A stretch of 63,858 nucleotides of DNA, the filler included, from Octopus bimaculoides (taxonomy: Eukaryota), in assembly GCF_001194135.2 (NCBI RefSeq). It is 8 parts of 8 records of this genome, joined end to end, with 100 filler letters (N's around TTAATTAATTAA, not from the genome) between each part and the next. Parts side by side here need not be neighbours in the genome. Positions count along the whole stretch, not along the records: positions 1 to 23,889 come from NC_069003.1; positions 23,990 to 31,095 come from NC_068981.1; 6 more parts are not named here. One strand, written 5' to 3'. The notes beneath the pieces are model-generated. The model had not been told where the DNA came from. It did not search any database and worked only from the letters and a program-made list of their open reading frames with translations. Shown piece after piece: positions 14,573-27,168 of the stretch. Position numbers and translations under genes: made by a program. How positions within the stretch are numbered: position 1 is the first letter of the stretch; each line of letters begins with the position of its first letter.

Positions 14573-15534
14573 AGGTCTCTACATCGCTTCTCTTCCTCAC
14601 ATTTCCACTTCATGCCCTATGCCTACTTCCCACTCCTCAATCGTGTCCTCTTGGCCCTGTGCCACTGTATCATTGCTACCTGCTAGCCTCCAACCTGTGT
14701 TTTCCACTCACACTTAACAAGAAAACCTTTCACTCACCAACCTACATCTCCACATCTCTTCTCTTCCTCACATTTCCTCCTTCATACACTATGCCTTGCT
14801 CTCACTCCCCAAACATGTCTTCACAGGCCTGTTCCTCTGTATCACTGCTATCTAATAGCCCCCAGACTCTATATATATACCCAGGTATTCGCCACTCTCT
14901 TCCCTCCTCCACACTCTCCAATCTTATTTCCTTTGCAATGTCTTGCCACTTATATTATGGTGTTTCAATCTCAAGGGTATGCCCTGGCACTTGCCACCAT
15001 CTATATATTTCTCCCTATACTCAATCATCCTATTTATATTCTGATCTCAGTCCCTTAGCATTTTGCCATCAACTCTATTGTGCTGTCTCCCACTCTCTCT
15101 TTCTCCTCCTGCATTTCCCTCAGGTTGGGTAATCTGTTTCTGTCTTTGTTCCTGATCTCTCTCTCTCTCACTCCAGCCGGGTAACCTTATACTACAGCAA
15201 GACTTTTGTCTCTGTCTCACTATAACCTTTCATCATCTGACACAAGATCGCCTCCTCCACTCTTCTTGAAATTTTTTGGGTTTTTTTGCCTTGCAAGTAC
15301 TTGGTGACCCTGTCTGTGCAGGTGCCACTTAAAAAGTACCCAGTCCACACTGTAGAGTGGTTGGTGTTCAGAAGGGCATCCAGCTGTAAAAATCCTACCA
15401 AGACAGTCACAGAAGTCTGGTGCAGGCTTCTGCCTGGACAGCTCTTGTGAAACCATCCCACCCATGCCAGCATGGAAAGTAGGCATTAAACGTTGATAAT
15501 GATGTATATACGTTACGTATATATATATATATGC

Positions 15535-15573
<39 letters not shown>

Positions 15574-15825
15574 AGTTACACGCATACCCGACCACCCTGG
15601 TCGCCTACCGTGGAATATAAAAAGAACTTTATTTTTCAGTTTATCATTCATCAATATGAAAAAATCCACAACCTTGTCTCAATAAATCATTATTGTCCCT
15701 GAGAGTTGTATTTTTATATTTACAGCAGGTTGCTTGAAGCCAACTTTCTTCCTACACCTTGATCCCTGGATCTTACATGTATATATATATATATATATAT
15801 ACATATCATATATATACATTATATA

Positions 15826-17330
15826 TCATCATCATCATCATCATCGTTTAACGTCCGCTTTCCATGCTAGCATGGGTTGGACGATTTGACTGAGGACTGG
15901 TGAAACCGGATGGCAACACCAGGCTCCAGTCTGATTTGGCAGAGTTTCTACAGCTGGATGCCCTTCCTAACGCCAACCACTCAGAGAGTGTAGTGGGTGC
16001 TTTTACGTGTCACCCGCACGAAAACGGCCACGCTNNNNNNNNNNNNNNNNNNNNNNNNNNNNNNNNNNNNNNNNNNNNNNNNNNNNNNNNNNNNNNNNNN
16101 NNNNNNNNNNNNNNNNNNNNNNNNNNNNNNNNNNNNNNNNNNNNNNNNNNNNNNNNNNNNNNNNNNNNNNNNNNNNNNNNNNNNNNNNNNNNNNNNNNNN
16201 NNNNNNNNNNNNNNNNNNNNNNNNNNNNNNNNNNNNNNNNNNNNNNNNNNNNNNNNNNNNNNNNNNNNNNNNNNNNNNNNNNNNNNNNNNNNNNNNNNNN
16301 NNNNNNNNNNNNNNNNNNNNNNNNNNNNNNNNNNNNNNNNNNNNNNNNNNNNNNNNNNNNNNNNNNNNNNNNNNNNNNNNNNNNNNNNNNNNNNNNNNNN
16401 NNNNNNNNNNNNNNNNNNNNNNNNNNNNNNNNNNNNNNNNNNNNNNNNNNNNNNNNNNNNNNNNNNNNNNNNNNNNNNNGCCACAACTGATGCTTCTAAT
16501 GTTCAGCTTTTCTCTCAAGATACTTACACTCTGACGGGTATTCACATTGACATTACACATCCAACGGAGCATACTGGCTTCATTCCTTGCGAGCTTACGT
16601 ATGTCCTCAGCAGTTACAGCCCATGTTTCACTGCCATGTAGCATGGTTGTTCGTACGCATGCGTCATACAGTCTGCCTTTTACTCTGAGTGAGAGTCCCT
16701 TTGTATAAATTTTACTATTTTATAGATATTGTTATTAATTAACAATACTCGTAGACAGGCTAGAATCGAAGTGCTCAAATTGAGCTAAGCTCCAATTTAT
16801 AATTTGAGTGGAGGCAATACGAGCGGAAAACTAGAGGAACATGACTTATTATCCAGCAGAATATTCAATATTTATGCACACTTACTTCAACATTAATACA
16901 GCAACATAAAGCTCAACTTAATAGAAGTATTAATAACATACAAGCATATAGACATTTATATATTTTTATAAGCCCACAAATATCTAAAAATATCTAAAAA
17001 AAATTAACTTTGTCGTGTATGCACACTGACATTACACATCCAGCGGACTATACTAGCTTCATTTCTTTCAAGCCTACGCATGTTCTTAATAGTCATGGCC
17101 CATGTTTCATCGCCATGGAGCATGGCAGTTTGCACACACATGCATCATACAGTCTACCTTTCAGCCTGAGCGATAAGCCCTTAGTTGCCCGCAGAGGTAG
17201 GAGCTCCCTGAATTTTGCCTAGACTATTCTTATTCTAGGCGTTACACTCTCAGAGCAACCACCCTCACTACAGATTTGGTTGCCTAAGTAGCGGAAGCTA
17301 TCAACTACTTTTGGTTTTCCCCCTGGCATG
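15826..17330 (-). mobile_element. RTE-type LINE 3' region (RT C-terminus, 3' UTR, (GAT)n tail), gapped and internally duplicated
   Basis: MLHGSETWAVTAEDIRKLARNEASMLRWMC; (atc)n tail at 15826-15845; same family as 29050-30250. Confidence 0.85.
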
Positions 17331-17591
17331 TGATGGAAGCTGTTTTCTGTACATGTTTGGAGTGTATTGCCCCTGTGCGTCTACCACACACAAAAATTAC
17401 CTTCCCAGTTACATTATACATATATATATATATATATACACACATCTACCAAATCCACTCACAAGGCTTTGGTTGGCCTGAACCTATAGTAGAAGACACT
17501 TGCCCAAGATGCCACGCAATGGGACAGAACCCAGAAGCGTGTGGTTGGTAAGCAAGATACTTACAACAGCCACACCTGCATACATTATATT

Positions 17592-17651
<60 letters not shown>

Positions 17652-17749
17652 ATATTATATATATATATAATATATATTGCATGTATATAAGTTCTTCTGA
17701 AGGTCTGGTAAGCAATAAAATAGGCAAGACTCTACCTATTTCAGATAAA

Positions 17750-18360
17750 TGACCCTGCTTGATAAGTAAGAAAAGTGTAACGAGGAATTATATATGGTGT
17801 ACCCATTACAAGCTATGGACACACAAGAGGTGAAGTGGAATCGCAGGAAAATTGAAATAGAAAATAGTGTTTGTGTAGAATGCACTTTTAGATGTGCACT
17901 GTTAGTGTAAATGTAAGATACAGTGCCAGTGTATTGAGAGAAAAATTAGGTATAAGAGGAATTAGATAAAGTATGCAAGAGAGAAGACTGTGCTGGTTTG
18001 GTCATGAGATGCATATGGATGTAGACATTTGCATAAAGAAATGCCAATCACTTAAAGTGGATGGAAGACATGGGATGAAGTATTGAAAGCTGATCTCAAG
18101 ATGCTGTGCTTTACAGAGATGTCAAAGGACTGAGATAATTGGTGTTTTGTTTGTGCTTAAGAAATCCCACCCACTACAGCCAACATGTGGTCCTAAAACC
18201 ACCTTAGCAATGTAGAGTTCTTCCCCACCTCCTATCTCTGCTCCATTAAGTATTTCCTTTACATCTCTTTCTAACATTCATCACTTCTATGCTGTCTCCT
18301 ATCAAACTGTCCAACCCATGCCAGCATGGAAAACAGCTATTAAATGATGATGATGATGAT
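17750..18360 (+). mobile_element. Decayed copy of the same RTE-type LINE with (GAT)n tail
   Basis: Similar to 29100-30250 (aagctatggacacac, agactgtgctggt..ggtcatg, aaactgtccaacccatgccagcatgg, gatgatgat). Confidence 0.6.
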
Positions 18361-20021
18361 GGCGTATGCTTGTGTGAGTGTATTATTACATAATCACCAG
18401 ACATACATTTTTTCACACTGATATAATGTAGTATTTATTTTTTTGTAGTAACTGTGAGTTCAGCCCTGGAAAGACAAAATTGCTTACAAATTGGGCATTT
18501 GGAGCATTGTTTTTGCTGGGATTTCCTATTCTTGAATTTCATTTCAAATTTGCTCATTTAATGTGATTATCTTCAAAATGATTGGATACACTTTTACTGC
18601 ATAGATGCTATATTAGCTGCTCAATTTTTCTTCTTTTTGAATTTTTTGTATGAGTATTTCCTTCTTTCACATCAAAGATATAATTCTCCATGAATTAAAT
18701 GCTTTGGAATTCTTTCATCTTCCACATGAACTATACACCTTCTCTCTCTTTCTCTGTATGTGTATGTGTATGTGTGGACAGACAGACAGATAGATAGACA
18801 GGTAAGGCATGTGGGCTAAAGGTTAGGGCATTGCACTTATGATCTTACTATTGTGGTTTCAATTGCTAGACCAGCTGCATTGTGTGTTCTGAGCATAACA
18901 CTTCATTTTACACTGCTCCAATCCATTCAGTTGTAAATGAGTAACCCTTCACTTGAACGCAGCAACAATGCATGGAAGTGCATTGTGACCAGCAGTATAA
19001 AACAACATCCAACAGTCTAGTCAAAATACAGGGAGATAGATAGATAGATAGACAGATAGATATAAATAGACACACCCACATGCATATTCTTACATGTATT
19101 TTCATAAACATACAAGCAAACAAATGTATACATAAACAAAATAAGTGGACACAAACATTATAGCAAACAGTGCTAGTGAATATATAGTGATGAGCATGTA
19201 CACACATATAGTTACATTAATGCAGAATTAAATACATATACCTATGAACATATATAGTTAGAAAAACACAACAAATAAAGTGTATAGAAAGAAATACAGA
19301 TCAAGATATACAGATGTACTCATGCCTACAAGAATCTACATACATCTAAAATATCAACAGGGAAACACAAAAATATCTTGGTTGCCCCTCACCCAATTAA
19401 TATCTGATTTTAACACTTGTATTAGATTGAACTTTTGCATTTCCAAGGATCCTAAAACAGTTAGACGATTATAAAATTATATATAGCGAGAATGTAAGCA
19501 TGCTCAAATTTATTACTCTTTTATTTTGTAAATACTTGATTTCACTCAGTGCAAACTTATAAAATCTGTTTCAGCTAAAAATGTACGTATTTTGGATAAA
19601 AAAATATATTAAAATATATATTATTCTATTATTTATTAAACTTCTATAATGAGTTCTGATGGGTTGAAGCAAACTCATTATAAATATGCTTGAGATTCAG
19701 TTTATATGCAAGTAGAGTTTGAGAAAAAAATCTGTCATATCTTTTCCAAAATATCATTGTAATCCAATATAAGAAACATTTTTTTTTTTTGGTAACATTT
19801 CTCTAGTTCAAACTATGTACTGATCAGCAGCTCTGAGAAGAGAATAAATGTCATAACATCTCTAAAAATATTACTTCAACCCTATAAAAGAAACAATTAT
19901 TTATCAATATTACTCTAGTTAAAGTTATGCACAAAACAACAGTTCTAAAACTGTTATTAGATGTCTTGTTTACATGCTTTATAATTTTTAGTAGAATTAT
20001 ACTGTTTTTCAAATATCTTAC

Positions 20022-20081
20022 CAGGTGTTGTTGGTTTAGGAGTAGGAGGTGCTGTCACTATAGGTGGAAAAGAAGGGGTTG
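20022..20081 (-). CDS. Internal exon (60 nt, phase 1-1) of the same mucin-like gene; encodes (A)TPSFPPIVTAPPTPKPTTP
   Basis: tttctcatattttcaacag|CAACCCCT...ACAACACCTG|gtaagatattt; 3n length; open in phase 1; PT-rich. Confidence 0.8.
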
Positions 20082-20881
20082 CTGTTGAAAATATGAGAAA
20101 GTGATGAAATGATATGAAATGTTAATTTTCCAACTATGTTACTTATCAATAAGGAGATTAAAATGATGTTAAAGTATAAGGATGAAATAATTCATTTTCC
20201 TTAACTCTAGCAAGTTGCTCAGAGTTAAATGTAATATAAATGAAGTGATTTTGTAGCACAAAAAAAAAACCTACATAATTTTTGGAACTTACTATAAGTA
20301 TCAATATTAATTTTAACATGAAAATGGCTAGCGCTAATTTTTTATTGAATATTGAAATACTGTTTTCTTCAGCTGCTAATGAAAAGGAAAATACCATCAT
20401 GCATAAACATCAACAAAATATAACAATAAAATGGAGAAATTAAAAAATATAAACAATTAGAAGGCTTAAAACATGCATTTACTTTATATTATTTTTAACC
20501 TCCTAAAATGTAATCATTTATTTGCATGATAATAATAATCATTTGCATAAGAATGAAACAAAGGAGGTTGGAATTTAGAGAAAAAATACTATAGCAGGAA
20601 AATTATTAAATATTCAAATGACACAAAAATAAAAAGTGACATTAATTTCTTAAATAAAAATGAGTGCTTATAGAAAATTTGTACACGATTAATACTAGAC
20701 TCTTTTATTTTGGAAATATCCTATTTAGATCATAACTATATTGTGAGCCACAATTATATTATGCGAGTTTTATAAATGAATTTTCAAACAATAATAATGA
20801 ATTTTTGGTAATAAAGTTTCGGATCACTATCCACAAATCTTTTAGCAAATATCTATAATAAAATCTTTACAAAACTACAAG

Positions 20882-20928
<47 letters not shown>

Positions 20929-21024
20929 AAAGAGTTGAGATTCAGTTGAATTAGGTACTTAAGTTGAAGCACCAAGTCTGTCCGGTATTATCCGCACAAC
21001 TAGAAGTAAGGTGAATAAAAATCA

Positions 21025-21398
21025 AAATAAGCAACAGGATATCAAGAAGCGATGCAGTACGACCGTTTTAAGTGGCTCCATTTAATTCAACAATGCAATC
21101 AATTTAAATGCAGTACGATCATGAGCTGCACAAATGAATAGAATTTTAACCAGTTGGACACATTAATATAATTTTTCTCAAATACTTTTAACAGAGCAAG
21201 AAACTGGAAGAAATTCATGTTCTGTTGAAGTATTTGAGAAAAATTATATTAATGTGTCCAACTGGTTTAAATTCTATTTATTTGTGCAGCTGATGATAGC
21301 ATTGCATTGAAATTGATGTAATGATTGCATTGTTCAGTTATATGGAGCTGCTTGAAACAGTCATACTGCATCACTTCTTAATATCCTGTTACTTATTT
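21025..21398. repeat. About 370-bp degenerate foldback palindrome (MITE-like)
   Basis: aaataagcaacaggatat ... atatcctgttacttattt; the core ccagttggacacattaatataatttttctcaaatactt is mirrored by aagtatttgagaaaaattatattaatgtgtccaactgg. Confidence 0.9.
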
Positions 21399-21989
21399 TT
21401 ATTATTTTTATTTTTATTATTTATATATTTTTATTTTTATTATTTATATATTTAGACATAGGGATAAAAAAAAATTTAGAAAGAATGATGCAAAGTAATT
21501 GTTCATATTTTTAAAGCTATCAAAAGATATATACAGAATATTTTAGCTGATAGTTAACAATGTGAATACCACATAGAAGAGTGAAAGAAAACTAAACATA
21601 TACCAATACAAGGATATAGTGAAATACAATAAAGGGTAAAAAATATTAGTTGTTGTAAAGAAATGAAACTTATTAGAAAAACTATTCACATGCAGTGAAG
21701 GATATGTCACAAAGTAGCATTAATTCAAAATAGTAACTTGCGTAAGGTAGACAAATCAAATAATTTTACTTATTTTAACAGATAATTTACAGCAATTATG
21801 AATTAAAATTTATATACTTCATATTTAATATGTTGTTATCAATGTCTTTTATGCCTTTTCAAATATAGGTTTATATAATATTGATGGATATTTTTTCAGA
21901 TATCTATGTAAGAATAATTTTTTAAAAAACAATCTTCAATTTTATACTTTTGTTCACAAGCCTTAAACTATTTGCATAGAATATCTTAC

Positions 21990-22007
21990 CTGTGGGTACT
22001 GGTCGTC
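21990..22007 (-). CDS. Internal microexon (18 nt, phase 1-1) of the same mucin-like gene; encodes (G/R)RPVPT
   Basis: ctttttttcttcttttccatag|GACGACCAGTACCCACAG|gtaagatattct; long polypyrimidine tract; donor matches that of the 10153 exon over 12 nt. Confidence 0.7.
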
Positions 22008-23431
22008 CTATGGAAAAGAAGAAAAAAAAGAATATGAATTTAGAATTTAATTTTAAACAAAAACTGCACATGTTACTACATTAAGGTATGTGTGTGTGTG
22101 TGTGTGTGTATAAGTACATACGTATATGTGTGTACATATTAACACATACATGTGCACCTTGTTTGATGCTTGTGTACAAACAAAAATGATACATGGTAGT
22201 CTACGACTAGGGGTAGTACAAATGATCTTTAAAAGCTATATAAGATAGGAGTGCTGTCATTAAGGAGAGAGTTAGTCATAAGTACAGTAATGAATTTAAA
22301 GCACAAGTAAGAGTTCACTAGGGATTGGTTCAGAGTTCCATCCTTTTCACCACTGTTCTCCAGGCCATAACAGGAATTTAAGACCAGCTTGGGAATTATT
22401 ATATGCTAGATTCTTATAGTGAAATTTATAATGAAATTAGTAAAGAAATGCAAGGTTTTGAAGCAAAACCTGGAATTAAAGAGCTTTAAAGTTAAGTTAG
22501 CAATGATCATAGTTCTAGTAAACAGGAAAACAAACAAGACTCCAATCCCCTCAGGTAAATGTTCCTGCTCAATATGTAACAAGGGTGTAAGCAGGAATTA
22601 CATATGAATACTGTGCAAACTATAGGCATACTAGAAGTGCAATAGAGTCATAGGAAGGTTAAAGGAGAAAGTAGTGTTTGTATGTGGAACGTGTGCTGAA
22701 ACAATGAACTCTAAGGACACATGGGAATTAAATTTTCAGTTATATTTTTTGGTTATACTTCGTTTTTATTTATTTCTAAAAATCTTTTTACTTGTTTCAG
22801 TCACTGGACTGTGGTCATGCTGGGACATTGCCTTGGTGCCCCAGCATGGCTGCAGTGCAATGATTGAAACAAGTAAAAAGACTTTTAGAAAATAAAAAAA
22901 AAACGAAGAATAACCAAAAAATATAACTAGGGGCAGGGGTTTATAAAAAAATTTCAACAGATCTGGTTGTTATTTCTAGCATGTGGAGAGACCATCTAAG
23001 CTTAACTTCATGCAGTGATTGAAAATCATTTAAAAAGATTCTAGGGTCAATACATTCAACTAAAAATTCCTCATGGTTGTGCCCCAGGATGGTCACAGCC
23101 TAATAACAAAATCAATTAAAAAGAAAAAAGAATTGAAATATATCACAGAAGTGGTTTTGAGCAGGCTTAAAAAAATATTCTGGGTTCCATACAGCCATCT
23201 AAAAATTCTTCAAGGGGGTGCCCAACAGGGCCAGTCACAGTCTTATAACTGCAACAAGTAAAGAAACAAGAAAAAAATTCTAGGGTCGATATTTTAAACT
23301 AAAAATTCTTGAAGGCAGTACCCCAGCATGGCAACAGTCTAATGACTGAAACATGTAAAAGGTGAAAAAAATAAAGAAATAACCAAAGAATATAACAGTA
23401 GGGCCTCTGCTCACTTTCAAACTTTAATTAT

Positions 23432-23558
23432 GGAGCTTTCGTCCAAGGAGCTTTTGTCCGGGGAGCTTTTGTCCAGGGGGCTTTTGTCTAACGGGGCTTT
23501 TGTTCCGGGGGCTTTTGTCTAATGGGGCTTTTGTCCAGGGGGCTTTTATCCAGATCCC
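23432..23558 (+). repeat. 15-16 bp minisatellite, about 8 units (ggggcttttgtccag)
   Basis: Directly visible tandem array; such arrays are typical inside Helentron/MITE-like elements. Confidence 0.85.
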
Positions 23559-23795
23559 GATTTATATACAAACATTCTTTGATGAACTTTAAAATGTTAA
23601 GAGTCAGGACAACAAAGCATTTTGTTTAATGCACTGCATTTACTTTGTGCTTGTATGTGGGTGATATGTACATCAGTGTATGTTTATATGCATGTCTGTT
23701 TATGTGAGTGCCTTGTGTATGACAACATGTGTGTATGTGTACATATATGTGAATCACTGTTCATACAACCTTATATACCTTATATATATATATAT

Positions 23796-23889
<94 letters not shown>

Positions 23890-24218
23890 NNNNNNNNNNN
23901 NNNNNNNNNNNNNNNNNNNNNNNNNNNNNNNNNTTAATTAATTAANNNNNNNNNNNNNNNNNNNNNNNNNNNNNNNNNNNNNNNNNNNNAAATTTTTTTT
24001 GACTAAAACACAACTGGAATCCCAAGTAAGGCATGTGTAAAATTTGAATGAAATTGGTTACGTAGTTCTCGAGTTTTAGGGATTCACACACACAGACAAA
24101 CACACCTTCTCATTTTAATATATATAGATACTCATTTTAATATATATAGATACTCCAGTGAAATTAAGAAATCGATTTGTAAATAAACAAAACCCTCAAA
24201 TCCATCAGTGTACACATG

Positions 24219-24250
<32 letters not shown>

Positions 24251-24965
24251 TGCATATCTGTGTATGTATGTTTGTACACACATGTCTACTTGCATAGGTA
24301 CATCATGATCTATACACACACGGATGAGGGCCAATTCATATGAAAAAGAAAATGAACAAAATAATATGACCACTTGCTTATCCGGAAATTTGTAAGTTCG
24401 ATTAAAAATTTTTTTTTTTACCTTAAAGATAATCAAACCAAATGTTCGTCATTTCAAGTCAGTCACCCAATGAGTATTTCTGCCAAATTTGGTAAAAGAA
24501 ATTCTTTCAGCGATATTCCAGTAAATTTGCAAACACAGACAAATGGATGAAGACAAGTGATTACAATACCCTGCTTTCGCTTACGTGCACAGGGTAATAA
24601 TGGCTTTTGTTGAACACACACATCCTGGTCTATCACGCAATGAGATGTGGTTTTAAAAGTATCAATGAGGACGAAACAATTATGATGTATGTAGTCATTG
24701 GTTGGTTGGTTGGTTGGCTGGTTGGTTGGTGTGGTTCAGTTTATGACTGTTTGTGAGGTGTGCTTATACATACAACATCAGTTTATACGCATACCTACAT
24801 ACGTACATACATACATACATACATACACACATACATACACACACATACACACACATACATACACACACACGTACATACACATGTACACCCATACATACAT
24901 ACATACACACACATACATACACACACATACATACACAAACATATACACACATACATGCATACATA

Positions 24966-26140
24966 AAGGTTAGTAACTGAAACTTTATTAAAAGGTTAAA
25001 AATTAACCTTCTCCTAATCTTCTTGTGCTTCACTTTCTCGCTTTCAAACCTCGAGCAACCACTGTGCACTTTCGTCCTCCATCCACCTCAGTCTTGTGCC
25101 TCTCTCTCCCAATCAACAATTGAAATTCCTGTCTGTGTCAGAGCAATTCTAAGGCAGGACTTGAACCTCATTTTGAGCTTATCTGCTGGTCTCCTACCAT
25201 CTTCCAGCTCACAATACAGAAGTTGCTTGGGAAGTCTTCCACCATTGATTCTTACCAGACGTCCACCCCTACCAGACGTCCACCCCTACCAGACGTCCAC
25301 CTCAAATGACTTTGCAGAATCATTGATTCCACACTTCTACTACAACTTCTCTCAACCACCTCCGCATCACCGATGGCCATTTTCCAATTTATTCCAAGAA
25401 TTTTCCTAAGGCAATATCAATGATAACATTCTAAATGCCTTAAATGCTTAGAATAAACAACCCAGGTCTCACTTCCAAATAGCAAAGATGGCAGGACGCA
25501 TGTGTTATAAACCCTAATTTTAATTTGGAAAGATATGCTATGGCATAACCAGAGGCACTTGTCAAGCATGCAAAAGGCTCCACCAGCCTTGCTGAGTCTC
25601 TATGAAATTTCATCATCAAGACCTGCAGTGCTCAAAGTACTTCCTGAATAAATGGATTTAGTAACAACTTCCAGCCTTTGACCATTCACAGTTATAGAAC
25701 ATTCTACATAAAGCTTAGAAGGGACAGGCTGGTACATTAGAACAGATTTTCTTCAAGTTGATTATAAGGCTTAATGCTGTACATGCTGCAGAAATCGCAT
25801 TCATCCTGTGTTGCATATCTTCCTGGGAATGTGCAAACAGGTCACAATCATTTGCATACAAGAACTCAGTGATGAGAGAATGAAGAACTTCATTTTGGTA
25901 CAAAGTCTTTTGTGATTGAAAAGTTTTCCCACTGGCCTATATCTTATGCAGACCCCTCCAGCACAATCTTCGAAAGCTATTTGAAAGACAATTTCAAAAT
26001 ATAGAGCAAAGAATGTAAAAGCAGGACTATCACCTGGTTTTACACCATTTTCTACAGAAAATACTTCCAGCATTAACTCTCACTTCCATCTTGTCCTGAA
26101 ATTGCCTAAGCATTCTCACAAATTTTTCAGGGCAGTCTAG
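24966..26140 (-). mobile_element. Decayed RTE/BovB-like LINE (RT and C-terminus) with (ATGT)n tail
   Basis: ENGVKPGDSPAFTFFALY, FLYANDCDLFAHS, LPKQLLYCELEDG; (TACA)n array 24791-24965 abuts the 3' end. Confidence 0.85.
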
Positions 26141-26445
26141 CTTTTTCAGGACCAAAGCCTTGTGAGTGGATTTGGTAGCTGGAAACTGAAAGAAGCCCGT
26201 CATGTATATATGTATGTATGTATGTATGTATATTTTTGTAAGTCTGTTTGTCCCCTGCAACATCGCTTAACAATTGGTGATGGTGTGCTTATGTCCTCGT
26301 AACTTAGCGGTTCGGCAAAAGGGGCTGATAGAATAGGTACTAGGCTTACAAAAAATAAGTCTTGGGGTCGATTTGCTCGACTAAAAGCAGTGCTCCAGAA
26401 TGGCTGCAGTCAAATGGCTGAAACAAATAAAAGAATAAAAGAATA
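26141..26445 (+). mobile_element. tRNA-derived SINE family A, 5'-truncated
   Basis: accaaagccttgtgagtggatttggtag...gaagcccgtc...cagtcaaatggctgaaacaaataaaagaataaaagaata. Confidence 0.8.
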
Positions 26446-27168
26446 CACACACTCACACACACATTACTGAATGACTGTTGACTACTCATTAGTTCCTCTG
26501 CCCTTTGACGGGTCATATTTTTGACAGGTCATATTTTTGACGGGTCATATTTTCCACCCTGCAAGGAGTCCAATACTCACCCTCCTCACCAGTCAAACTT
26601 NNNNNNNNNNNNNNNNNNNNNNNNNNNNNNNNNNNNNNNNNNNNNNNNNNNNNNNNNNNNNNNNNNNNNNNNNNNNNNNNNNNNNNNNNNNNNNNNNNNN
26701 NNNNNNNNNNNNNNNNNNNNNNNNNNNNNNNNNNNNNNNNNNNNNNNNNNNNNNNNNNNNNNNNNNNNNNNNNNNNNNNNNNNNNNNNNNNNNNNNNNNN
26801 NNNNNNNNNNNNNNNNNNNNNNNNNNNNNNNNNNNNNNNNNNNNNNNNNNNNNNNNNNNNNNNNNNNNNNNNNNNNNNNNNNNNNNNNNNNNNNNNNNNN
26901 NNNNNNNNNNNNNNNNNNNNNNNNNNNNNNNNNNNNNNNNNNNNNNNNNNNNNNNNNNNNNNNNNNNNNNNNNNNNNNNNACATACACACACATACATAC
27001 ATATGCACATACATATGCACATACATACATACATATACACATACATGCATACACACACATACACACATGCATACATACATACATTCGTACATACATACAC
27101 ACATACATACATACATACAAACATACATACATACATACATACATACATACATACATACATACATACAT

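Noticed and set aside
23934-23945. TTAATTAATTAA islands inside N runs (also about 31140, 37218, 42125, 58288, 60427, 62528)
   Set aside because: An identical 12-mer with stops in all six frames, always embedded in gaps: an assembly linker, not biology.
26504-26553. 3 x 16-bp direct repeat (and the 23432-23558 array) as CRISPR-like
   Set aside because: Head-to-tail tandem units without unique spacers, in a eukaryotic context with no cas genes.
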